From the NCBI RefSeq assembly GCF_009914755.1, contig NC_060933.1: 64,000 nt of DNA. One strand, given 5' to 3'. The stretch is from the human T2T-CHM13v2.0 reference genome, Homo sapiens. The position numbers were made by a program, and so were the translations under genes. Shown here in pieces: positions 1-14,472 of this stretch. A model generated the notes under the pieces. The model was given only the letters and a program-made list of their open reading frames with translations, had not been told where the DNA came from and did not search any database. Position 1 is the stretch's first letter, and every line of letters starts with the position of its first letter.

Positions 1-419
1 TCCTAGCACATTCCATTGAAGTTATAGCAGGTGACTAATGAGTATTTCACCACCATGATATTTTGAGTTGCAAGCTATAGGGACTATCATTTGACTGAAC
101 AATACCTTAAAAATGTTTGCAAACATTGTAATAACAAAATATTTCTGTTGAAGTCATAGAAAAGAGTTCCTTCGGTCTAGCTCAGAACTGTCAATAATGC
201 TGGTCTGTTACAGACATTTTTGAATGATGGAAGATGGCACTTACGGTTTTCCAAATACATGAAGTTGATTCTTTTTTTAAGCTGTATATGCTTAAAATGA
301 GAATTTTTTCATAGTTGGATGACCAATGTGGGGGTCTCAAATACTTATCCTCTGGTGTTGGCGTGGAAGTTGAAGACCCAAAGCATAGTCTAGAAAATGG
401 AAACTGCAGGGGTCAGAAA

Positions 420-640
420 TTATTACACTTAGATTCAGCCAAACTTGGTTTCCATGTCACATCCTACTTCTCTCCTGGCTACTTGATCTAGGAAAAGTCA
501 CTGACCTTCTCTGTACCTTAGCTTTCATGGGAAAATAATGATACTTTACAGGAGAATGTGTGAGGATTAAAATAAGGTGATAGGTAGAAGGTTCCCAGTA
601 CATAGTAAGTGCTCGAAAATATAGTCTCATTCATTCGTTT
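420..640 (+). mobile_element. MIR SINE, degenerate
   Basis: Resembles the MIR core and 3' end (…gtgtgaggattaaaataagg…catagtaagtgctcgaaaat); boundaries approximate. Confidence 0.65.
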
Positions 641-1774
641 GTCTCCATGGGAGCAGTGGACAACCAGATAGATAAACAGAGAAACAAGTTCTGAAGGCAA
701 GAGACGAGGGCTGATAGAGAATGTGGAAGAGGAAATTTGGTAGAACCTGAGTTACTGAAGGGGAAAGAGGAAGGACCCAGGAGCCCAGTCTTACTGAATG
801 CCTACCACTGTGTGCCAGAGATTAGAAGGGGTGTCAGAGGAAACAGGATAAACTCTTTTAAACAGACATGAGAGTCCAACTTGTGTGGGCTGGTTTGACT
901 TAAGAGTGATGTTCCCTGGGGTTTTCTCTTGCCTGCCTTTTTAGGTGTTACAGGGAGAAGGTGAAAGGAACATATGCTTTTGTTTACTCCAGGGAGGAAA
1001 AAAAGCGAGAGAAAATAAACAGGACCTAATGCTGGGCCATTAAAACTTGGATAAAATTGAAATGGCAATGTCTTGAGATTTCCTTGCCATGTTATAGGTT
1101 CCTGGGCATAAAATGATGGAGCACCAGGGGTCTTGTAGTTATTAGTAGAAAATTAAATGCAAGCACACCCACAAAGATAAAGACCTGATTTGATAGTCCT
1201 ATAGATTTTGGATTGTTTACTGTAAAGGGAAGTAAGAGCAGCTTTATTTGGGTTTGGATTTGTGTTTGCAGAGGAGTTTTATGTGGGTGATTTTGCATAT
1301 AATATCTACCTTCCAAGAGATGCCATCATCTGCAGAACGGAGAGACGTGCTCCAGACTTGCTTATAAAAATCTTTATCATCTTTTGGGAGGTGATTGATT
1401 TGACTAGTCTTGATGGGCAGCTGGATAGAAAATTCTAGTGGAGGGGATGTGACCAAGCTCATATGCCGACAGAGGCGCAGCAAACAAGACTTTGCAGCAG
1501 CCACTATAAAGTGGCTTCAAGAATTTACTTGAACAGTGTCCATCGAAATGTGAATGTATACCAAACAGCCAGTGTGGACTTAGACTGGAGGACTTAGACT
1601 GGATTATGCACTGGGGTGTGGCATGAGGCAGAACCTTCCCAGTCCCACCCTACCCCAGAGTTTATTAAAAGATTGTTGACTGTTTCTTACTATACAGATA
1701 CCAAGTAAGTTATGTTAGAAGTACATCACGTCTGGGCCAATAAAACCCATTGTTTGGGGATGACACAAGTGAAT

Positions 1775-2235
1775 GAGTGGACATGTTGATGCTCTGGCCA
1801 GATCCTCTCAGATCCCTTTTACATTTCTGTGTATCCCTTCCCTGGCTTCTGGGTGCCTTTGTATCTAACAGGCAGTGCCCTTGGACTACTAGAGCCACTT
1901 TGCCCAGGAGCTCAGAGAGCTGGAAGCACCCGAGTTTGCAACCTGCTGGAGTGGCCCATGCCAGTGATGGACTGTAATAAAGAATATGAACCCTTAGCCA
2001 CCTTGCCTCGAGTCTGAATGAACTCTAAGGTGTAATTTCCTCTCTATAGACTCCCTGTGGGATCAGACTGAGGCTGCACACTGACTGACTGAGATTGTAC
2101 CTTGCTTGATGTCTTCCCCTTTCCTTTCCTGCTTCCTGAGCTCCTCTGCTAGGCCGTCCTGGGAACTCTCCCCTAATAAATCACTTGCACTTGAATTATC
2201 ATCTCGAGGGCTTCTCAGGAAACTGACCAAAGGCA
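1775..2235 (+). mobile_element. ERVL solo LTR, LTR16A-like
   Basis: 5' cagatcctctcagatccctt; 3' ccttgcttgatgtcttcccctttcctttcctgcttcc…ctgggaactctcccctaataaatcacttgcac resembles the LTR16A polyadenylation region. Confidence 0.6.
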
Positions 2236-2269
2236 GTGCATTAATCCAAATGCTTCATATTGAAATGGG

Positions 2270-2294
2270 GTGTGTGTGTGTGTGCGCGTGTGTG
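2270..2294. repeat. (TG)n microsatellite with a CGCG interruption
   Basis: gtgtgtgtgtgtgtgcgcgtgtgtg. Confidence 0.9.
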
Positions 2295-5019
2295 CAACTT
2301 CATTATTCTGAGCCTCCTTCCATGGCATGAAGGGGGCTTGTTGGATAAGGAGACCTTAGTTCCCTCTGAAGGGATAAAGTTGATTCTTTCCATCCCCATG
2401 AGGGGAGCAAAGCAGGGATCCCTAGGATGGGTTGCAGCCTGTCAATGTTAAGACCATCCACAGCCCTGCTAGGTGCCATGAAGAAGATGGTGCTCTTTTA
2501 ACTCAACTCATCATGAATCAAGGGAGAGGGAGAGAGTGTGGGAGCCGGCAGCCTGCTGTTGCTTAGGGTTGGGGAATGCAAAGTGTCCTGCGACCTCTAT
2601 AGCAGCTACTGTTTCAAGCCTTGGCAGCTGGAGGTGGTTATTACAAGTGGCCACCTTCACGAATGTGGAGAATACACACATTTTCCCTGAGAATTCCTAG
2701 GAAATAATGGGGACATGACATTCTGCTATTTTTCAAGAGATGGCTATCAATTCAATATTCATTTAGACCACATTACCACACATTTCTAATAACCCAAAAA
2801 AATAAATAGATGCAGGCTTATTATTAGGCTGGGCTGCCTCCAGGGATTGGAGACTCGCCATCAGTGGAAACATCCAAAGAGGGATGGGATGGGAGGGGCT
2901 CTTGTGAGGCACCTTGTAGCTGGGATTCCAAGATCAACTGAGTGAGAGGGAATAACCTAGGTGATCCTTTCAACTCCCAGGAATCAGCAATTCCATAACT
3001 AAGGAGAGCATGAGCATGGCAGGGACACTGTGGCATTTGCTGCTTTTCCCCACAAGGGAATACGCATCATCATTTACCACATTCCTCATAACTCCTCCTC
3101 CTGAGTCCCTGCTAAGGAGTGACAGGGATTTAAGCTGGATAAGACAAAGGTTCCGAATCCTACAACTCAGCAGGCAGGCAGAAGAAAACAATTCCCTCTT
3201 TCATCAGGAGCTGGGGTTTCGTCAGTTGCCTGGTCTACCCGGCTTTTATTGCACAGGGTTGGGGATCATTGGAGGTTTGGGACACATCGCAGGCAGGCTT
3301 GGCCCTGCCATGTCTTCACTCCAGGCAGACATCTATTACCCCATCTTCCCCTCCAGTCCTTGCAACAACACTTAATTACGTGACACTCTGAGCTCCACCA
3401 CCACTTGCCTCACCTGGCTCTATCCTGCAGGCTTGCCTGCTGTGTTATTCCTGTAGGATACACAAATTTTATCTTGGTGCTGCTGCTCCCATGTGAGACT
3501 GAGTTTGAGCTCCATCGATGATGAAGAAAGGGTAACAAACACATGCAGAGAAAGTGAGAAGAATGGACACTGGAGCCAGGTGAAACCAGCCACCTCAACT
3601 TTTTTAACTTCCTGAGTTTGACTGGGTCTTTGAATGACTAAAGCCAATTTGGGCCCAGATCTTATTCATGAAACTTACATTTCAAATATACGACGTTTCC
3701 TCTTCAATGCAAATACTCACTCTAGGCTCTGAGCTGGGGTATCCAGGGTCTCCTCATGACATGGTGGCTGGAACTCATCCCTTGTCTTGGAAATTGTCAA
3801 AACAGCTGAAAATTCTGGAAGGAGCAAGAGGCAGAAAATAAATCTGTGCCTACTTTGGAGTAGAACGACAAGGATATTCCTCCTCTGAGGGAAGCCATGG
3901 GATCTGGGATGCTCAAAGCTAACTATCGACAGAAGTTACCAAATGGAGCAGAGGAGAATAATCAACAGTTTCATGGAAACCTCTTAGCTGTAAACCCCTT
4001 ATTTTCACAAGTCAGGGTGGTTATGGAAAAGAGGGGAGCAGATCTGTGCCCTTGACCTACCCTCCTAGACAACGCAGCCTGGAGAAGAGAGGGTTAAATG
4101 GTGTGTGGAGGACTTGAGCTATTCTCCCTCTCCATTCACCCGAAATCCCACTGGGATATTCTAATCTCCTTGGAACACGCTGCATTATCTGTACTTTCAG
4201 CACAGCTCACGTTTCAAATGGCAGGCTGCAGAGCAATCTGATTGTTTTATAGGCCCAGCCAAGAGAGGAGCTCCAGTTCCTTTCTCCTGGCCAGGTGCCC
4301 TCTTTGAGGGAGAAGACCTGCGGTGTATAGAGACTAGCCAAATGCTTAAAGATTTCAGAAACTTCAAAGGCAGGGGAGGAGCCAGAAACAATAAAAAGGA
4401 AAATGATAAACATTCAGCTTAAAGACGGGCTGAGTTAAAATCCCTGAGAAATCACTCCGAGCAGTTAGAGGCCGATTCTCAGAGGCCCGTGGCAGCGTTC
4501 CATGGTGTTACACAACGTTCCAAGAAGCAATTATTAGCTTTGTTTTAGTTGTGATTAATACAGTTAACGACTCGTAGAGGTGGAAAGACAATGGAAATGA
4601 GGAAGACGAGCACACAGAAAGGGGTCCCTGCTCCAGCCCAGCACTCTCTGACAAATAAGGGGAGTTCATCCCATCTTCAGGGTGTCTAGGAGGTCTTCAC
4701 CCATTTCGAAAATTCAGTTTTGGAACTATTTGATAAGGAGAAACACAATTTTTTTTTTAAACAGCCCAAAGCCCTTGCTGTTGAATAGCAAAAGGAAATC
4801 TGCTTTATTAAGGGGCTCTTCGCTTCCTGTGGGCAAAGCTTTGCCATGGGGCTCGACATCATTAAGGTCATGTCTGCACAAAGACCAGGAGAGAGAGAGT
4901 GATCAGCTGGAATGTTTAGGTCCAAAATATTGGAAGAGCTCAGCCTGATTCTCATGGGGGACTTAAATAGCTCAAGTAGAAAAAAAAAATCAGTAGATTT
5001 AAATCAGTGCAAAACTCTG

Positions 5020-5540
5020 TGTGAGCATTTACCATGTGCCTGACACTTTTCTAGGGATGTATTTTGTTCCAGCAGGCAAGACAAAGATTCCCTTTTCTCA
5101 TGAAGGTCACATTCTAGAAGGAGATACAGACACAAAATAAAAGCCACAATGATACATCATAGGTTAACATGGACTGTGCTATGGAAAAGAAGAAAGCTAA
5201 GCATGGGAAGGAGTGTTAGGAGTGCCAAGGGCTACCTGGGGAGGCAGGAAACACAACGAAATGGGTGGAGATGTTGGGCTTCATCAAGATTGGGAGATCC
5301 AAGCAAGGCATGGAGGAGGTGATGAGGTCAGCCTAGAGGTTTCTAGGGGGCATCCAGGAAGAGTGAGGGACAGTATGCCTCAAAGGGGCAAGTCAGGAAT
5401 GTGCTGTGTGTCAAAACAGCAACAAGAAATCCAGCGTGGCTAAGGTGAAATGAGTACTGAGGCAAGAGGATGGAGGCTCAGAGAAACACAGGGTTGAAGG
5501 GAGGGCCTGAAAAGTCTTAGAGCCATTGTGAAGATATTGC
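5020..5540 (-). mobile_element. L2 LINE 3' fragment
   Basis: gagcatttaccatgtgcctgacactttctaggg…cacattctagaaggagatacagac matches the antisense of the L2 3' end. Confidence 0.65.
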
Positions 5541-6974
5541 CAGAGTAAAATATTGCAAACACAATGTCTCAATACTCTAGGAGACTTGAATAGCTTAGAC
5601 AGAAAAATAAGAAATATTTACATATATACAGAAAAAATCATGTCATTGTTATCTTCAAGAAGCTCACAGTCAACTGGGAAAGATAGATAAGTAAACATAG
5701 AATAATAATCTTACATGTGATAAGTAGATACTACAAAAGACAAACGCTTTGACTTGGGAGCAAAGGGGATGATTTGTGATACTGTTTGGGGGAACCAGGG
5801 AAGATTTCCTAGAGGAGAGGACACCTGAGCCTATTAAGTTGAAAACAGTAAATTTGTTAGGCATTTTACCCTACACATTTGCCCACAAAGACACGTACAC
5901 TCCAAGGATGTATGTGATTTGTCCCAGTTACCCTGCACCTAAAGTACCAGTCCGGTTTTACCTCCTACTAGAGCAATTGCCTTCCTGTGTGCAGACCCAG
6001 TTTGAGCTGTGTTTGGGGTTGTTTTCCTCCAGCTTTCGGCTGAGGTCATGAAATGAAAAGGCTTGGCCGCAACGGAGCTTCTTAGAAAACTCCGAGCTTG
6101 CCTTCTCCTGATGTTACTGGCTTCCCTCTGTAGGAGTGTTTCCCAACTGGGGACTCTCCTTCAATGAAAATCTAGACCGTGAACACTGTAAAGATGGCCC
6201 TGTGCAAATGAATTTCCCATGCTGGTAAATCTTACAGCAGAGCAAGGAAGACCTATAATCAAACAGAAAATATATGGGTAATTTAATTAGAGATTCACTG
6301 GAAACTTAAGGTGTTCAAGGTAAACAACCAGAACATTGAAATGTATTCTTCCTGGTAGACTAGAAAGTTTGCAAAGTTTGGTTTCAGGCAGCCCTGGGTA
6401 CATATGCAGGTTCAATCACTTGCTAGCTATCTGATCATGGCCCTGTTTTCCTTCTCTGTTGCGTGAGATCATAATACTTGTCTTTCTGAGCTCCCAGGGC
6501 TATTCTGAGGATCATGAAAGTATGTGGTAAGCTGTAAAACACTATACCTGTGTTGAATGTTTTCCTTTTCAAAGTGACTTTAAAAAAAAAAACTTCATTG
6601 GTTTATTTAGTCAATATGACACACTTCTGCAATCTTTTGAATCCATGGAATTTTCATATTAGAAATTACAGCCCTCATGTTACAAATGAGCAAACAGGCC
6701 CAGAGAGGGAATATGATTTACTTAAGATTGCACAGCAAATTAGAGGTAAAGCTGGACCTGGGTTCCCTGACTCATCTTTCCGTGTTCTTTCAAATAAATT
6801 ACAGTATATAATAGAAGATCATGTGAAGGAAGATTCTTCCTGCTTCTGACTCAGAGAGACAGGAAGTATCATTTCCTTCTGGGTTCTTCCACTGGAAGCA
6901 CATTGCATTTCCTTCTATAGCAAACACTTTCACTAGTTTTAAAGGCATTCTTTTTTGATAAAAAAACCTCTTAA

Positions 6975-7160
6975 TCCAGCACTTATGTAAAACTGCTTTC
7001 TTTAATTCTTCCAGTAACCCAGTAGGTTATTAGTAATCCCATTTTGCAGATGAGGAAACTGAGTCTCTGAAAGCTGAAATGACTGACCCAAGGTCACATC
7101 TAGGAGGCAGCAAAGGTGGAGCCCACCTTCGAAGGCATTGTGCCACTATGTCTTTCCACC
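6975..7160 (-). mobile_element. MIR SINE
   Basis: cccattttgcagatgaggaaactgagtctctga…ccaaggtcaca is the MIR core, antisense. Confidence 0.8.
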
Positions 7161-8056
7161 ACACCGAAACCGTATATGCTACTTTCTCTTTTACCCTCTG
7201 GCAGAATTTAGATGTCTGCATTAGAAAGGAGCTAATTAAAGAAAGCAGCTGAAACAGTGAAATCCATCTTTATGAATCAACCTAATAAGTAGAATTAAAA
7301 TCGCAAATTAGACTTAGAGGATAACCTGATTTTTAAATTTTGTTACAAGATTGCAAAAAAAAAAAAAAAAAGATAATGTTTTCCATTTACACAATGACTT
7401 TTATCCAAAGCAGTTTCACAGATGTGATAGAGATGAATCATAGGTAGGATTTATGAGTGAGTCTAACATTTAGCAATGTGAGATGCCCTAGTAGAGACAG
7501 TGTCTGTGTAATAACAGGAGCACTGAAATCAGAACTGCTTTTATCAGAGATGCTTGGCAGATTAGATTCATTATTATTGTAAATATAAGAAAGTATAAAA
7601 AAATGAATAAAACTCGCCCAAGCCTAGATAGCTAGAAGCAATTATTCATGTTATTGTTGTATGTTTCTTCCTTCTCCCTGAACACTGCCTTTTAAAAACT
7701 TTGGCTGGGATTAGACTGTATGTGAATTTGCACTTGATGTTATTAGTATTACTTACTATGATATATAACATGCTTCAGAAAGATAATATTTAATGGATGA
7801 ATCACATTCCATTACTGAAAATAAAAAATATATATTAAAGAAACACCCCCAAATGGGAGAAAAACAATGACAAAAACCAAATGCAGAAAAAAAAATAGTG
7901 AGGTGAGTTGCAGGCTTTAAAGCAAAAGATAAAGTCTTTACGAGAGAAGACAGAATAGACTCTTGTTTCAATGATACTCTGGCCTCCCTAGTTCTTGTTA
8001 ACATTCCTGAGGCAACATTTTGGTTGACTCTTTCAAACTGGCTGTGTGTGCTTGTG

Positions 8057-8255
8057 CAGGGATTGGCCAGCCTTTTCTGTAAAGTGCCAGAGAGTGAATC
8101 ATTTCGGTTTGAGGCAATACAGGCTGTGTAGCAACTACCCAACTTTGCCATTGTAGCCTGAAAGCGGCTATAGACAGTATATCAACCAGTGAGTATGGCT
8201 GTGTTCCTACAAAACTTTATTGACAAAAACAGACAGTGGATGGAATTTGGCTCTC
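8057..8255. mobile_element. MER58A hAT-Charlie MITE
   Basis: ttttctgtaaagtgccagag…gcaactacccaactttgccattgtagc…tggctgtgttcctacaaaactttattgacaaaaacag matches the MER58A body. Confidence 0.8.
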
Positions 8256-9671
8256 CCAGGGGTATTCGTATATCAGTCTTTGCCTGGGCCTGGCTCTATG
8301 CTAAACTGTGTATAGATACAGAAAAGAAGGAAGTGTTTTGTCTCTGCCCTCAAGTAACTGGGAGAGATTAGAGAAGGCATCATTGCAATGTAGCATATGA
8401 AAAGCAATAAATAAGATGCACACCAAGTGCTGTGAGATCAAAGAGAAGGAAGCAAGCCGATCTCCTCTGGGCAATAAGGAAGTCCTCACAAATGAAGGGA
8501 TCTAGCCTGAGTTGCAGAAACTGAGTAGGCATTTATCTACATGCGCCTGTTCAGTTGACTGTGTATTGGATTTCTTCTCCTATAAGGTTTGGGGGTGCCT
8601 CCATGAAAATTCCCAAGTCCTGGGCTTCGCCCAGACCAGTAAAATTTCCTAAGAAACTGGTGGGCACTTTCCAGAGCAAACTTTACTAAACCATTGCCCT
8701 GGATGATTTTTTATCCTTGTTTGATCAAGGTATGAAAACAGCAAAGCCGGTGCGTCTTTGAAGTCCTTCTGTGTTGTGTTTATTTGGTGTGTGTATACAT
8801 GTTATACAAGGTACTAAGGATGAAATCACAGGGTGTTGTTACAAATTCCACCCCCAGCTATGGGGCAACTGCATTGTGGCATCCAGTCAATGCCATAATG
8901 AGTGCCTACTGTGTGCAAAAGGTGGTTTTCTGTCCAAAATAATGATCGATCCTCCGTTTCCAACACCACCCCACCAGCAGCAGCAGGACAATTGTCAAAG
9001 GGACAAAGGGTCCCGAAATGTTTGCTTCAGAGGGAGCAAAGAGAATGAGGAAGTGGAAAGAAGAGGTATTTGTTTTGGGGTGTGTTAACTGTTTCTCTTT
9101 TAGCAGGAATTTAGCTGAGGTGAGGGTTAATGATTCCATTTCTATTCTTGTTAAGAGTAACCAAGCTCTCCAGAGATTCTTGAAACAACTGTGCTATCTA
9201 AATACACAGTATTTTTCACATACTTTCACGTTAATCCCCCAGCTCTGTCTAAATCAGCTGCTAAGAAAAACTTAAAACAATTCCAATAGATTTCCTTTAG
9301 AGAGTGGTAAGGGAAAGAATTGAAGTTGGGAAAATGTGGCAGAATGCTAGAAATTTATCTACTTAGGTGTTGGATCCAGAAAATTAAAAAAAATTAAATA
9401 TCATTAAAAGGTGATTAAAATTTAAAATTTAATGTTTAAGTCTTCTGCTTTGAAAATTATGAATTAGGGAGCATAATTTTTAAGTAAATAAATACTAGAT
9501 ACATAAGGAGAAGTTAAGAGAAAGACATTGAGAAGTACAGCAGATAACGATAAGGAGAAGAGCTAAGGCACGGGGGCAAAGAGAGCAGGATTGGAATCTA
9601 TAAAAAATAAAAATACAAGTTAGAGTATTAGGGGAAGAGGTAAAGTTTAAGGAGAAAAAAATCAAAAATCA

Positions 9672-10000
<329 letters not shown>

Positions 10001-10784
10001 GAATCAGAAGGGAGAGAAAAGGAAGAAGAGTCAGTTATTAAAAAGTTCAGAAGACATTACCATCTGAAATCTTCATGAGCAGGATGAAGACCTACTATTT
10101 TCAGCTCTTCAAGTTCTCATTCTTAAAGCTTCAGAGACTGATGTAAATGGGAACTGCCACTGCAGCCCCATGGGGAGTGTTTATTCTAGGTGGCTATGGC
10201 AATACCCAGAACAACCAGTTCAGAGGCTGAATGCAACCAAACCTAGGACCAGCTGTCCCCTGTTGACTGGAGATGGACCTCGTACTGGGGATTATTGATA
10301 ATCAGCTCAACGTTCTGCATGTGTCTCCCATGAACAAGATTCTGAAGCCTGGGATTTACGTTGGACTAAAAGGTGGGCATTTTAAAGCATTTTACGGCAA
10401 AGAGAAGAGTCTCCCTTTGTGTCAAGAAAAAAGCCACACCAAAGAGCTAAGGAAAACGCATCTGAATTAACACATATATATTGAGCAGCTACAGTGTGCA
10501 AATCACTGCACTTATCCCTTCATACACACGTCATCTCATCTACTCTTCTAAACAATCCTGTGAAATAGTTATTATTGTCTTCATCTTCTTGGTGATGAGA
10601 CTAAAGCTTGTTAACTTATATGTGACTTGTCCAAGGATCTATACCTATTAAGTAGTGGGAATGGGTTGGTCCCCAACACCAAAATCCAAGCACATTCCAT
10701 CACTTCAGCCCCTCTAATTGTATAGCCCTACTACTAATCCAGTAGGAGAGAGGCTTTGGCTCTAGGGCCCACTGAACAAGAGGT

Positions 10785-10964
10785 TATCGGGGGAAACTTG
10801 GCAACATCTAGAGACATTTTTGTTTGTCACCTGACTGGGGTGTGCTACTGACGTCTAGTGGATAGAGGCCAGGAATGCTACTAAACATCAATGCGTAGAA
10901 AAGTCCCCACAACAAAGAACTATCTGGCCCCAAAGGTCAGTCATCCTGAGGTTGAGAAGCTCTG
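10785..10964. mobile_element. MER20 hAT-Charlie MITE
   Basis: ttggcaacatctagagacattttt…gtggatagaggccaggaatgctactaaacatc…gaggttgagaagctctg. Confidence 0.85.
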
Positions 10965-11269
10965 CATAAGACGGAAGTCCCTGGCCAGAGCTGCTCTCCT
11001 AAAAGATCCATCTGTTACAGGGCTACTCAGATATAGCCAGAATACACAAACTTTAATACTTTAAGTGCCTTGGAGGCTCTCGGGGGGCGGGGTGGCGGGG
11101 GTGGGAAAGTCAGCTTTTCTGTTAGGTTTGTTGCCTAAATACAAGGCTTTTGGCTTTGCAACCTTCAATCCATTTTTTTTTTTAGTGCAGTGTATTAGGA
11201 AGAAATAGAAAATGCTGACAAAAATCATGGGGAAACTTTTCTTTGCCACTTCTTTAGGCTTCTTCGTCT

Positions 11270-11790
11270 TCTGCCTAAAACCCTGCAGCAGCGACTTGAT
11301 TGTTCTCCTGTTGCCATCCTTGCTTCCCTTAAATCTACTTGCCGCCATCATCTTCCCAAAATACAGGTAAAGTCATGCCACTGCTAAACTCTGTAGGACT
11401 CCTATTGCCTCAGAATCAAGATTGTTTATTCTTCCTAGCCTGGCACTCAGAGCACCTATGATCCTGACGCAGTCTGACTCTCTCAAATTTAATTTCTAAC
11501 ATCTCTCCTTTCTTAACATTTCTTATAATCCAACCAAGCTGTAACACTTGCCTTTATGGGTTGGTGGTGGACAGGGTCCTAACCTGTGTTTTCCTGTCTC
11601 TGTCATGTTGCTAAAGCAATTCCTTTTTCTTGGAATGCCTTTTCATTGGTTCCTTCATGGCCAAATCCTCTCTCAAGCTACAGCTCAAATGCCACCTCCA
11701 CATTAAATTGTTTTCTGATTTCCCAAATTATAAATAGATGTTTTTGTCTCTGAAATCCCATAGCCCTTTCTCTGTGCCTCCAAATTTGAA
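11270..11790 (+). mobile_element. L2 LINE fragment
   Basis: ttcctagcctggcactcagagcacctatgatcctg…cagctcaaatgccacctcc are L2-type motifs. Confidence 0.6.
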
Positions 11791-11974
11791 TGCATGTGCG
11801 TGTATGTAACTTATATATAAAACATATAGTATGTGATACACATAGAATATTATATAATGTATCATATATTCTATTAAATTAAAATTATATAATTAAGTTA
11901 TATAAAATTAAATATATATTAGTAAATATATATAAATTAAATACATTAACTTATCTATGAAATTAAATTACATA

Positions 11975-13190
11975 ATTAAAAGGTTTTGGTATTGACGTAA
12001 GAATATCTATATAACTCAATGATAAAGAAGAGGGAACCCAGGCATGGGTTCAGTTGTATAATTTAGTATGAATTTAGTATATAGTAAAAGGGGCATTCAA
12101 ATCAGCAATTGTCTATTCATTAACTATCTACAGAACTTTATATTATTTAAAAATAAATTCAGATGAATTAAAACCCCAAATATGAAAAAAGCTCATTATA
12201 GTGATATTGTAAAAATATGTATTCATGGGGTAGGTACGCCTGAAATTATACACATAGAAAAAAGTTAAAAGGAAAAAACATAGCTATAACAATTTAAATT
12301 TTAAAAATTCTGATTGGACAAAGTTAACCTAAGTAAAGCTTAAAGGTAAGAGATGTACTGGGGGCAAATATTTGTTACATAGACTGCAGAGGATTGGTAT
12401 GAATAATAGGTAAAGAGCTTAAACAGTTCAATACCTTTAAAAAATGGCCCAATCAGAATAATGGATAAATGAGATAAGAAGGCTCATAGGTTCATAGACA
12501 TACAAATGGCCAATGAACACAGGAAAAGATAGCAAGCCTCATTAATAATTCAGCAAAATAGGAAGCCATCTACCACATTCCTCTTTTAGCCCATACAGGT
12601 TGCAACGCATGAAAAAAGCTTACATAAAAATATTACATAATGGTGAGGGTGTGAAAAAGCAGTAACTCTCATATACTGTGGGTACGAATATAATTCATAA
12701 GGTTTATTTACAAAAGTAATTTATTAAGATTGGCTGAAAAGTAAAATGTGTAAACTCTTTGGTTTAGCAATTCCATTCTAGGAGTAGATCTTTTTCAAAC
12801 GTGCACATATATACAAAACAGTAGAAACAGATGTTCATCAAGGGAGAAATGGCTAACCATTTATGCATATGCATACTATGGAATACTATGTAGCCATTTA
12901 AAAAGATACACTAGAGATATAAATATTGACATGAAAATTTGTCCCAGTCATATTATATACGGAAAAAACAAGATACGCACAGACATGAAGATAGATATGA
13001 ATTATAAACTTTTTGGAAGAGTGAACACCAGTGGTTAATTTTGAGGAAAGTTATGAGATTAGGGGAGAATAAAAAGTTCACTTTTTATTTAGTCCTTCAT
13101 TTTTATTGATTTATAGTTTGATTTTTGAAAAATGAGACATGAATATAACCTGATTTTGTAAATGATAAAATTAATATTTAAAAGGATAAC
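11975..13190 (+). mobile_element. Ancient L1M (L1ME-like) 3' ORF2/3'UTR remnant
   Basis: A-rich; caaatggccaatgaacacaggaaaagat…agcaattccattctaggagt…catactatggaatactatgtagccatttaaaaag are degenerate L1 3' motifs. Confidence 0.8.
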
Positions 13191-13556
13191 TGGAACAACT
13201 AACCATCTGTTAAGCACCTAGGTTCAAAACTTCGTGATGTTCAAATGTTTCATCTCATCGAACCCTTGAGTAACCTGGTAAAGTATGTATTTTGTCATAT
13301 TAGAGATCAAGCAACCTAGTTTTAGAGAGTTTAGATAACCACTGTCTGGACATATGAAGGGTAAGCTGTGGAGCCAGATAAGAACAAAGGCTGACTATTG
13401 GCAGAGGCCATATCCTTCACTGCAAAAGAGGGTGAGAGTGTTCAGTGAGAGGTATGTCCTGGAAGCTGGGGCTGGGTAGTCTAGAGGACGTGAAGCAGTC
13501 AAAGGTGGGAAGAGCCAGCGAGAAATGCAAGTACAAACCTTAGAAAACACCAAAAG

Positions 13557-14013
<457 letters not shown>

Positions 14014-14102
14014 CTATGGGAGAAGGATTTAATTTGTTCTGGGCACCCTATGGGGCATGGGGGAGAGAAGGGCAGAAATGGGCAGAAGCTCCTGGGAGGC
14101 AA

Positions 14103-14472
14103 TGTATTAGTCTGCCTTCACGCTGCTATAAAGAACTAGCTGAGACTGGATAATTTATGAATAAAAAAGGTTTAATTGACTCACAGTTTCTCATGGCTGG
14201 GGAGGCCTCAGGAAACTTACAATCATGTTGGAAGGCAAAAGGGAAGCAAGGACCTTCTTCACATGACAGCAGGAGAGAGAGAGAGAGTGAAGGAAGAACG
14301 GGCAAACACTTTTAAACCATCAGATCTCTTGAGAACTCACTCACTATTATCGGAACAACCTGGGGGAAACTGCCCCGTGATCCAGTCATCTCCCACCAGA
14401 TCTCTCCCTTGATGCATGGGGATTACAATTCAAGATGAGATTTGGGTGGGGACACAGAGCCAAACCATATCA
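14103..14472 (-). mobile_element. THE1D-like (THE1/MST MaLR) solo LTR
   Basis: Termini TGTATTAGTC…CCAAACCATATCA; ggggaggcctcaggaaacttacaatcat; 5-bp TSD GGCAA/GGCAG. Confidence 0.9.

Noticed and set aside
1576-1603. 14-bp tandem duplication GGACTTAGACTGGA (similar short ones near 16556, 21384, 61898 and 62338)
   Set aside because: Common slippage products; two units only, with no array or spacer organisation.
14370-14425. DUX4 or PRDM9 motifs known from THE1 elements
   Set aside because: The local sequence (gtgatccagtca; tctcccttgatgc) matches neither TAAYYBAATCA nor CCTCCCTNNCCAC.
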